The translations under genes were made by a program, and so were the position numbers. Under the pieces are notes generated by a model. It ran no database searches, had not been told where the DNA came from, and was given only the letters and a program-made list of their open reading frames with translations. Of a stretch of DNA of 64,000 nucleotides, positions 10,701 to 17,901 are shown in pieces (positions within the stretch are counted from its first letter, which is position 1; each line of letters opens with the position of its first letter). Source of the DNA: an uncultured Chloroflexia bacterium (GTDB lineage: Bacteria > Chloroflexota > Limnocylindria > QHBO01); contig CAWJZO010000001.1 of the NCBI GenBank assembly GCA_963847375.1, positions 1,922,124-1,986,123 on the forward strand, read 5' to 3'.

Positions 10701-10930
10701 CCGAGCATCGTGTGGTAGCGCTGGAAGAGGTCCTTGTACGTGCGGCCCCATGCGTGGTGGACGCCCATCGGGTTGTTGGCCGTGATCGGTCCGTCCAGGA
10801 AGCTGTAGCGTCGCTCGGAGTCCGCGTTGCGCACGAGGTAGCGGGCCATCGTGTCGCGCTCGCGCCAGCGCTCGATGACCTCGCGCTCCAGCTGGGGCAC
10901 GTTCAGCTTGCTGTCGACTGGCCTGAACAC
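7749..10930 (-). CDS. ileS: isoleucine--tRNA ligase (type 2), with the reading frame broken twice by apparent 1-nt insertions (about 8513-8516 and about 8211)
   Basis: The class I HIGH region reads PMGVHHAWG and the KMSKS loop reads EEMHKSKGN. The N-terminal ~800 aa are continuous from GTG 10930. The C-terminal domain continues in ORF 8029..8463 and then in ORF 7749..8195. A T-box leader lies directly upstream. Confidence 0.9.
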
Positions 10931-11215
10931 GTCGTGCGTGGCTCCAGATACGAGAAACCCGTCCCGAGAATCCGGGACGGGAGGTTGAAATCCCGCGGTA
11001 CCACCCGCGCTTGACCGATGCGTTGCGCACCGATCCACTCGCTCGCCTCGCTATCGGGGGCTTCCGGGAGGCTCCACGTACGGGACGTTGGCCCGCTTGG
11101 CGCCTCCGGCTCGAGAGTGATGGTCCTCGTGGCCGATGCCGCCCGCTCACACCGTCCGGGCTCGCTCGTGGCTCGTCGCCGACGCGACCGCGTCTCCGTC
11201 ATCGCCGATCTTCGA
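10931..11215 (-). promoter_or_regulatory. T-box riboswitch leader of ileS
   Basis: Minus strand carries the conserved T-box sequence AAGCGCGGGUGGUACCGCGGGA (10991..11012). A Stem III-like hairpin precedes it, and a GAUGA K-turn-like element lies near 11200. A candidate specifier AUC followed by A is at 11121..11118. Confidence 0.8.
10951..10981 (-). terminator. T-box terminator hairpin (9-bp stem CCCGTCCCG/CGGGACGGG, 6-nt loop, then UUUCU)
   Basis: Minus-strand RNA reads ...cuCCCGUCCCGgauucuCGGGACGGGuuucucg. It starts 10 nt after the T-box motif (separated by uuucaaccu) and sits 20 nt upstream of the ileS GTG. Confidence 0.6.
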
Positions 11216-11256
11216 TTGGGGCGCGATGGTCGCAGCCGCCGCGGCCCGGTGTCAAT

Positions 11257-12384
11257 TCAAGGACCGAACAAGGCGCGCCCGATGAAGACCGATGCCACGA
11301 GGCCACCCGTCACGACGACGCCCACCAGGCGCGGCCACCATGCCATGGCCATGATCGCGCCGAGCGACGTCGCCGGGCCGGCCATCACCAGGGCCAGCGA
11401 GGTCAGGCGCGCCAGGTCGGATCCGGGCTCTGGCATCCGGCCGGTGGCGATTCCGATCCCCCACGCCAGCCCGGCGCCGAGCAGCGGCAGGAAGACGAAG
11501 GCCGCACGAGCGCGCGCGCGCTGCACGCCAACGGGAGGTTGAGGCATGGTGGTCGGTTGTGCCTCGACGACTGCCGGCTCGGCGTCGGCGGCTGCCGGTG
11601 CGACCTCGGTGACGGGTGCGGCATCGGTTTGCGCTGCCGCGGCCGCCGCGGCCGCGGCAGCGACCTCCGCATCGGCTCGCTCCCTGCCGAGGCGCTCCTC
11701 GAGCATCGCGCGCTCGATCCCGGTCATCGGCCGTGGCGGCTCGGGAATATCCCGCGCCTCGATCTCCGGCGGAGGCTCGCCGGTCGTGGCGGGCGCGATC
11801 GCAGCCGCATCGGCTTCCGGCAGCTCGGCCGCCGCCGCGGCCCGCGCCGCGAGCCGTTGGCGTGCATGCGCGGCCTTCGACAACGCATCGAGCAGGTCGT
11901 CGTCCCGGGCCGGCGCGATCGCCAGGCGCCCACGGTCGGTCGGAACGAGGATCGCGGTCGGCGTCCGCGCCAGGCGCACGATCTGGATTCGCTCCTCGTC
12001 GCGGAGCACGGCACGGCCGAGGCCCCAACCGAATGCGCCGGACTGCACCCGCAGCCGCGATGCGCTCGGGCCGTTCAGGCGGACGCGCGTCACCGGCCCG
12101 GCGCTGAGCAGGTACACCCGCTCGCCACCGATCCAGCTGACGTGGATGGCCGACTCCTCCACGTCGAGCCGAACGCTCAGGAGCACCACCATGAGCGCCA
12201 GCCCGATGAGGCCGAGGACGGCGCCGACGGCGACGAGCGCAAAGCCGATCGGCGGGGGGATCACGAGCAGCCCGGCGGCGATGGCGGTGCCGGCCGCCAT
12301 GAAGGACACGAACGGGACGGCGAGCAGCCGCGGCAGCGAGCGGGCCAGCTTGACGCGGGCGATCGGCCCCCGGGCGAGCGTCAT
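11257..12384 (-). CDS. membrane protein with bacterial PH-like domain and an Ala/Glu-rich linker
   Basis: 375 aa. Two N-terminal TM helices, then a PH-like block (AIHVSWIGGERVYLL...GAFGWGLGRAVL...IQIVRLARTPTAILVPTD). This is followed by a low-complexity Ala-run linker and C-terminal TM helices. It starts 5 nt after the GT2 stop. Confidence 0.55.
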   Translation of the reverse strand: MTLARGPIARVKLARSLPRLLAVPFVSFMAAGTAIAAGLLVIPPPIGFALVAVGAVLGLIGLALMVVLLSVRLDVEESAIHVSWIGGERVYLLSAGPVTRVRLNGPSASRLRVQSGAFGWGLGRAVLRDEERIQIVRLARTPTAILVPTDRGRLAIAPARDDDLLDALSKAAHARQRLAARAAAAAELPEADAAAIAPATTGEPPPEIEARDIPEPPRPMTGIERAMLEERLGRERADAEVAAAAAAAAAAQTDAAPVTEVAPAAADAEPAVVEAQPTTMPQPPVGVQRARARAAFVFLPLLGAGLAWGIGIATGRMPEPGSDLARLTSLALVMAGPATSLGAIMAMAWWPRLVGVVVTGGLVASVFIGRALFGP

Positions 12385-12388
12385 CCGC

Positions 12389-13930
12389 TCATGCCTTCTC
12401 GGTCACCCGGTACTCGAGGTACCGCCCGGTGAGCAGCCGCGTCTGGGCGTCGAGTGCGGGCAGCGTGCTGAAGAAGATGCCGACGAGCGGCAGGGCGATC
12501 CACTGCACGTAGCTGAGCGATCGCTCCCAGGGACCCCATTCGGATGGTCGGGGCGGGACGATGAAGTGCTCGACGACGACGAGAACGAGGAGGCTGATGA
12601 GCGCGAGTGTGAGCATCGAGCTAGCGAACAGCGGCAAGTTCTGGCCGAGGGTCGTCTCGGCGAAGGCCGGGTTGAGCAGGAGGGGGAGGGCGGCGCCGAA
12701 CGTGATCACGAACGGGGCGATCGCCCAGTTGATGTGCTCGCCGAAGAGGTTGCCGATCCGCCAGAACCGGCTCCAGAACGGGATCTCGGTGTGCACGATG
12801 GCGTTCTCGATGACGTACGGAATGTCCGTCACGCCCCAGGCCCAGCGCCGGACCTGGAGGTACTGCTCGGCCATCGTGCGCCAGTAGGTCCGGGCACGCA
12901 CTGCATCGCCGTAGATGGGCATGAACAGCGGCACGGCCCGGAACCGATCCCCGTACCGGAAGTAGCTCTTCCAGTAGAAGCGGCTGTCCTCGGGAATCGC
13001 GTCGGTGGCCCAGTACCCGACGTCATGGACAAGGTGGAGCGTTGTCGAGTACGAGCTGAAGCTCTGGAGCTTTTCCGGAAGGACGCTGCGCCACATCTGC
13101 AGCTGGGTGAGCACCGCGGCAAAGAGTCGCTGGAAGACCGGCGCCTGCCACAGGTTGTTGTGGAGGTACGGGATCGGCTGGTACAGCTGGGTGTCGCGGT
13201 TCGGATCGGTCAGGTGCATCCAGGCCAGGTAGGCGAAGTACTGCCGGTGAACGCGGAAGTCAGCGTCGAGGTCGGTGACCATGATGCGTTTCGGATCCAT
13301 GCCACGCTCGCGCACGAGCAGCCGATGCAGATAGCGCCCGCCCCACGCCATCGCGCTGCTCTTGCCGACCACGATCCCCGGCTCGAGCGGATCGAGGATG
13401 TGGATGAACTCGACGAAGGCGTCGCCGAGCTCTTCGCGCAGCACGCGCACGTTCTCGATGCCGCCCGTGTCGGTCTCACGCGTGATGATCGCGCAGATCT
13501 TCCGCTCGGTCGGCCACTCGGCCTCGGCCAGGGCACGAACCGTGTGGCGCAGCTTGTCGAGCGACTCGGTGTAGGTCGGGATGAGGGCCAGGTGAATGAG
13601 CTCGTCGGCGCCGGGGACCCTGGCCACGCGCGCGGTCCAATCCACCGCCTGGACTCTGCGGATGCGCCGGAACGCGACGATGACCGCGGTGCTGAACCAG
13701 ACGGCACGGCAGAGCCAGTAAAAGTTGAAGCTGAGAACGAAGTACGCCACGAGCGATGGATAGCTGAAGCTCAGCCAGATCGGCAGGATCAGGATGGCCC
13801 ACGAGATCGTCCCGGGCACCATCTCGAGCAGCCGGACGAGCCAGCCGTAGCGTTCGCGAGGCAGCGGGGTGGTCATCGTTGCGCCTGCCAGCCGGGCGGC
13901 CGGCTGGGCGCCGATGCCGATCCGCCGCAC
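12389..13930 (-). CDS. membrane-embedded family-2 glycosyltransferase (processive synthase-like)
   Basis: N-terminal TMs, IPTYTES, a DxD motif (VTDLDADF), a QxxRW motif (QVRRWAWG) and about 4 C-terminal TMs. An alternative ATG start is at 13876. Confidence 0.8.
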   Translation of the reverse strand: MRRIGIGAQPAARLAGATMTTPLPRERYGWLVRLLEMVPGTISWAILILPIWLSFSYPSLVAYFVLSFNFYWLCRAVWFSTAVIVAFRRIRRVQAVDWTARVARVPGADELIHLALIPTYTESLDKLRHTVRALAEAEWPTERKICAIITRETDTGGIENVRVLREELGDAFVEFIHILDPLEPGIVVGKSSAMAWGGRYLHRLLVRERGMDPKRIMVTDLDADFRVHRQYFAYLAWMHLTDPNRDTQLYQPIPYLHNNLWQAPVFQRLFAAVLTQLQMWRSVLPEKLQSFSSYSTTLHLVHDVGYWATDAIPEDSRFYWKSYFRYGDRFRAVPLFMPIYGDAVRARTYWRTMAEQYLQVRRWAWGVTDIPYVIENAIVHTEIPFWSRFWRIGNLFGEHINWAIAPFVITFGAALPLLLNPAFAETTLGQNLPLFASSMLTLALISLLVLVVVEHFIVPPRPSEWGPWERSLSYVQWIALPLVGIFFSTLPALDAQTRLLTGRYLEYRVTEKA

Positions 13931-13937
13931 GGGCCTC

Positions 13938-14900
13938 CTAGTAGACGGGGGTGAGCCAGTCGCGATAGGCGGGCAGGCGCCCGCGCACCGCGTCGAAGTA
14001 AGCGCGCGACAGCTCGCGAGTGATCGGGCCTGGCCGGCCGCTGCCGATCGTCCGACGGTCGATCTCGATCACCGGGCTGATCTGGGCGCCAGTGCCGCAC
14101 AGGAAGACCTCGTCGGCAGCGTAGAGCTCGGTCCGATCGATCGAGCGCTCGCGCACCTCGGCTCCAAGATCGGCCCGCGCCATGTCGATCAGCCGCCGCC
14201 GCGTGATCCCCTCGAGGATATTGTCGGTCGCAGCCGGCGTGATGACCGCGCCGTTCTTGACGATGAACAGGTTCTCGGCGCTCCCCTCGCTCACATGGCC
14301 GTCGGCGTTGAGGATGATCGCCTCGTCGTAGCCGTTGAGCTGAGCCTCGCTCTTGGCGAGCGCCCCGTTCACATAGGCGCCCGTGATCTTGCCGCGCGCG
14401 GGGATGGCGTTGTCATCGGTCCGGCGCCAGGTGCTGACCTGCGCCCTGATGCCGCCCTCGGTGTCGATGTACTGCCCGAACGGGACGCCGAAGATCGTGA
14501 TGTCGGCGTCGAGGTTGTGGAGCCGGACCCCGATCGTCTCCGAGCTCTTGTAGACGATCGGTCGCAGGTAGACGTCCTCCCGCAGCCCATCACGACGAAG
14601 GAGCTCGACGGTGATCTCGGCGAGCTCCTCGGGCGACTGGCGGACCTCCATCATCAGGAGGCGAGCGGACGACCGAATCCGCTCGTAGTGGGGTACGAGC
14701 TCGAGGCCGAAGAGCTGCTCCTCGTCCGCGTTCCAATACGCGCGGATCCCCTCGAAGACGGCCGTGCCGTAGTTGAAGCCGTGGGTCATGACGTTGATGT
14801 TCGCGTCGCGCAGCGGCACGAATTCGCCACGGAAGAACGCCCACAGCTCGGTGGTCGTCTCCACCTGCGCTGCCTGCGGTCTGCTCTCCTGCTTCAGCAC
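13938..14900 (-). CDS. ilvE: branched-chain amino acid aminotransferase
   Basis: Fold-type IV aminotransferase blocks (GFNYGTAVFEGIRAY, RPIVY, EGSAENLFIV, GITRR, DEVFLCGTGAQISPV). GTG 14900 has a GGGAGG Shine-Dalgarno 4 nt upstream. Confidence 0.9.
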   Translation of the reverse strand: MLKQESRPQAAQVETTTELWAFFRGEFVPLRDANINVMTHGFNYGTAVFEGIRAYWNADEEQLFGLELVPHYERIRSSARLLMMEVRQSPEELAEITVELLRRDGLREDVYLRPIVYKSSETIGVRLHNLDADITIFGVPFGQYIDTEGGIRAQVSTWRRTDDNAIPARGKITGAYVNGALAKSEAQLNGYDEAIILNADGHVSEGSAENLFIVKNGAVITPAATDNILEGITRRRLIDMARADLGAEVRERSIDRTELYAADEVFLCGTGAQISPVIEIDRRTIGSGRPGPITRELSRAYFDAVRGRLPAYRDWLTPVY

Positions 14901-15014
14901 AGTGCCTCCCTCTGTTCGCAGTTCGAGCCGCGGGTCACGGCCGCTGCTCAAGCGCAAGAAGTATACCCGTGGTCCGGTCCCCAGACGCTTGCTCGCTGTT
15001 CGAATGTTGCGGAA

Positions 15015-16139
15015 TCAGTGGCCGGTTGAGCCGGCCCCGAGCGGCGTGAAGAGGGCCAGGTAGACGTAGATCAGGTACAACGGACCGCCGATGAGCAGCG
15101 TCCACGCCGAGAGCTTCCCGGTGCGCAGCATGTTGCCGAAGATCAGGAGCGTGGCGACGATCGCGACGCCCGCCGAGGCGAAGCCGATGGCGCTCTCCTC
15201 GGTGAAGGTCCACGTCGTGAAGAGCAGCCCGAGCACGGTCGGCAGGCAGCTCTGGAACACCATGGCGCCGGTGATGTTGCCCATGGCCAGCGTGTCCTTG
15301 CCGGTGCGCACCCATAGCACGCTGTTGAACTTCTCCGGCAGCTCCGTGGCGATCGGCGCAATGATGAGGGTCAGGATCAGCGGGTCGAGGCCGATCGCCA
15401 GCGACAGCTGCTCGACAGCCCCGACGAAGACCTGCGCGCCGATGATGATCAGCGCCAACGCCGCGAGCACCTGGCTGACGATGATCCGCATCCGGGGCGG
15501 TGCCCCCTCGACGTCCTCCCAGCTGTCCTTCTCGCCCGGAAGGAGGTCGATGTCCAGGGTGTGCGGTCCGGCCATTCCCGGCAATCTCGTGGCGTGCAGC
15601 GGGTTGAGCTCGTCGGGATCTCCGGGCTCGGGCGCATCGGTGAAGTGCAGGCGCACGTACACCGCGTAGATGACGAACAGGACCGCGGCAGCCACCCACT
15701 TCAGCCAGCTCAGATCGGCCGGCAAGAAGGCGGTGCCGATGGCGAGCCCGTACCCGACGATGAAGAAGGCCACGTCCCGCCCGAGCACGCGCACGTTGAC
15801 GCGCATCCCGGTGCCCCGCTTCCCGCCGCGCGAATAGAGGATGACCGCGACGCCGGTCACGAACATCGCGAGGGTGGCGAGGGTGAACGGCGCGCCGAGG
15901 ATCGCCCCGACTCCGATGGCCTCCGACGTCTCCGCGTCGCCGCCGAAGATCAACGGCCCGAGGATGGCGATGACCGGGATCAGCGTCTCGGGCAGCGCGG
16001 TCGCGACAGCGGCCAGCACGCTTCCGACCGCGCCCTCGGCGAGGTTCAGCTTGTGGCCGAACCACTCGATGCCGTTCGTGAAGAGCTCAGCCGCCAGCAG
16101 GATCACCGCCAGCGACACGATGAGCAGGACGATATCCAC
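15015..16139 (-). CDS. Ca2+/Na+ antiporter family (CaCA/YrbG-like) membrane protein
   Basis: 374 aa and polytopic, with two alpha-repeat signatures (AVATALPETL and IATELPEKF). GTG start at 16139 with an AGAGG Shine-Dalgarno. Confidence 0.8.
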   Translation of the reverse strand: MDIVLLIVSLAVILLAAELFTNGIEWFGHKLNLAEGAVGSVLAAVATALPETLIPVIAILGPLIFGGDAETSEAIGVGAILGAPFTLATLAMFVTGVAVILYSRGGKRGTGMRVNVRVLGRDVAFFIVGYGLAIGTAFLPADLSWLKWVAAAVLFVIYAVYVRLHFTDAPEPGDPDELNPLHATRLPGMAGPHTLDIDLLPGEKDSWEDVEGAPPRMRIIVSQVLAALALIIIGAQVFVGAVEQLSLAIGLDPLILTLIIAPIATELPEKFNSVLWVRTGKDTLAMGNITGAMVFQSCLPTVLGLLFTTWTFTEESAIGFASAGVAIVATLLIFGNMLRTGKLSAWTLLIGGPLYLIYVYLALFTPLGAGSTGH

Positions 16140-16374
16140 GGTTGACCTCTAGCCGTCGCGGAGCACGGCAGCCGCCATCGGCGGACGCCGCACGGGATGG
16201 CCGAAGGTCTCTCCTGCCGGCCGCGAAGCGGGCCGGCCCGAGCCACCGGGCGGAGCCATCTCCGCCGTCCTGACGATGGCGCGGGTCAGGGGATACTCCC
16301 CCTCGGGCCGGCTGAGTGTCGCGGACGGGCGCAGCGCGGTCAACTGGCGGCCGTGCCCGCTCGCCGTCGCCCGG

Positions 16375-16644
16375 CTACGGGCGGAGATGCTGGGGCGCGT
16401 ACGGCAGCAGCGCCACGTGTCGAGCGCGCTTCAGCGCCGTGGTCAGCATGCGCTGATGGCGGGCACACGTGCCCGTCTTGCGCCGCGGCTCGATCTTCGC
16501 ACGCTCGCTGAGGTAGCGGCGGAGGCGGTTGACCTCCTTGTAGTCGATGCTCTCGGCCTTGTCGACGCAGAAGTTGCAGACCTTGCGCCGGCGCCGATCG
16601 CGGTAGTAGTCGGCCGCCTCGCGGCGGGATCGGGGGCTTGCCAT
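16375..16644 (-). CDS. rpsR: 30S ribosomal protein S18
   Basis: 89 aa: [49 protein letters not shown]. Confidence 0.95.
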   Translation of the reverse strand: MASPRSRREAADYYRDRRRRKVCNFCVDKAESIDYKEVNRLRRYLSERAKIEPRRKTGTCARHQRMLTTALKRARHVALLPYAPQHLRP

Positions 16645-16686
16645 GTTCGGTGTCGTTTCCTCTCGAACTCGTCAGTGTCGATCCGG

Positions 16687-17148
16687 TCAGAAGGGAATGT
16701 CGTCGACGTCCATCTCGGCGCCGGGAGCCGATGAAGTCGTCTCGGCGCCGCGGGGCTTGACCTGGGGCGGCGCATCGCCGTACGAGCCCTCGCTGCCGGC
16801 GAAGGAGCCCTCCTCGCGCGGCCGCCGCTCGAGGTTGACGACGCGCGCGAAGCGCAGCTCGAGCGCCGTGCGCTTCTGGCCATCGCGCGCCTCGTACTCA
16901 CGCGCGCGGAGCTGGCCCTCGGCGAAGACCTTGTTCCCCTTGCGCAGCTGCTCGGCGAGGCGTTCTGCGGCCTGCTCCCAGACCTCGACGCCGATCCACA
17001 TCGTCTCCTCGACCCACTCGCCGTCAGCCCCGCGGCTGCGGTCGTTGACCGCCACGCGGAGGTTCGTGACCGCCTTCCCACTGGGCGTGTAGCGCAGCTC
17101 GGGATCGGCGCCGAGGTTGCCGATGATCATCATCTTGTTGAGCGTCAT
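16687..17148 (-). CDS. ssb: single-stranded DNA-binding protein
   Basis: OB-fold N-terminus (MTLNKMMIIGNLGADPELRYTPSGKAVTNLRVAV) and an acidic C-terminal tip DVDDIPF. Confidence 0.95.
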   Translation of the reverse strand: MTLNKMMIIGNLGADPELRYTPSGKAVTNLRVAVNDRSRGADGEWVEETMWIGVEVWEQAAERLAEQLRKGNKVFAEGQLRAREYEARDGQKRTALELRFARVVNLERRPREEGSFAGSEGSYGDAPPQVKPRGAETTSSAPGAEMDVDDIPF

Positions 17149-17175
17149 CCCTGGCTCCTCTCTTCGACCGGGCCG

Positions 17176-17688
17176 TCAGGCCTCGGCGCGCTCCTCGTCT
17201 GCCGACTCTGGTGATGTCTCGGCGGCCACGAGCTCCGGCTCCGGCTCTGGCTCTCGCTCCGGCTCTGGCTCTGGGGTGAGCTCGTCGGGGACCTCCGCCG
17301 TTGGATCGGCCTGGAGTACCGTGTCAGCGGCCACGTCGACATCGTCGGCCTCCGCGGACGCGCGCGGCGCGACAGCAGGTGCAACCTCCTCGGCCGGACC
17401 GCGGTCCTCGAGGACGGTGACAAGGTGACGCAGGATCTCCTCGCTGATGAGAAGGCCGCGTTCGATCTCGCGAACCTGGGCGGGCTCGACGTCGAAGTGG
17501 ATGAGGAAGTAGCTCGCCTCGCGGTGGCGGCCGATGTCGTACGCCAGGCGGCGCTTGCCCCAAGGCGAGACCTTGCTGAGGCTGCCACCGCCATTGACGA
17601 TGGCGCGGGTGACCTTCTCGACCCCGGCCTGGAGCTTGTCGTCCTCCAGGTCTGGCCGAAGCAGGAGCATGAGTTCGTAACGGCGCAT
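17176..17688 (-). CDS. rpsF: 30S ribosomal protein S6 with a long acidic C-terminal extension
   Basis: MRRYELMLLLRPDL...KRRLAYDI core of about 95 aa, followed by a 75-aa D/E/P-rich tail containing PEPEPEREPEPEPE. Confidence 0.95.
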   Translation of the reverse strand: MRRYELMLLLRPDLEDDKLQAGVEKVTRAIVNGGGSLSKVSPWGKRRLAYDIGRHREASYFLIHFDVEPAQVREIERGLLISEEILRHLVTVLEDRGPAEEVAPAVAPRASAEADDVDVAADTVLQADPTAEVPDELTPEPEPEREPEPEPELVAAETSPESADEERAEA

Positions 17689-17810
17689 CAGGTGCCGTTG
17701 ACCTCCTCTCTATGGGTTTGCGACGTCCAGCGCTGGCGCGCTCGAACGCGGCAGAAAGGGGTTCGTGTGGTGAGCATGAACCACGCCTCCGTGACAGGAG
17801 GCGATGAGCC

Positions 17811-17840
17811 AGTATAGCCGGTTCCCTGGCCAGGCGGCAA
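17811..17840 (-). promoter_or_regulatory. candidate sigma70-type promoter of the rpsF-ssb-rpsR operon (-35 TTGCCG, 18-nt spacer, -10 TATACT)
   Basis: Read on the minus strand: TTGCCG at 17840..17835 and TATACT at 17816..17811. This implies a 5' UTR of about 115 nt that contains a 7-bp hairpin CGCCUCC/GGAGGCG. Confidence 0.4.
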
Positions 17841-17901
17841 CGAATGTCGACCCGGCTCGTATACTGCAGGGCCAGTTCCCCCGCACCGATCCGAGCACTC
17901 A

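Noticed and set aside
8543-11014. 823-aa plus-strand ORF
   Set aside because: It is antisense to ileS. Its translation is Arg/Asp/His/Val-rich with no motif, while the opposite strand carries unmistakable IleS motifs. Long antisense ORFs are expected at this GC content.
11546-13954. 802-aa plus-strand ORF
   Set aside because: It is antisense to the PH-domain membrane protein and the GT2 gene. It is low-complexity (Ser/Ala/Arg runs) and crosses two well-supported minus-strand genes.
16149-16343. 64-aa ORF in the 226-nt spacer between rpsR and the CaCA gene (the place where rplI might be expected)
   Set aside because: The translation (Pro/Arg/Ala-rich) does not resemble L9 or anything else and there is no Shine-Dalgarno. 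The spacer contains a 7-bp GC hairpin (about 16216..16237). I could not match it to a known riboswitch, so it is left unannotated.
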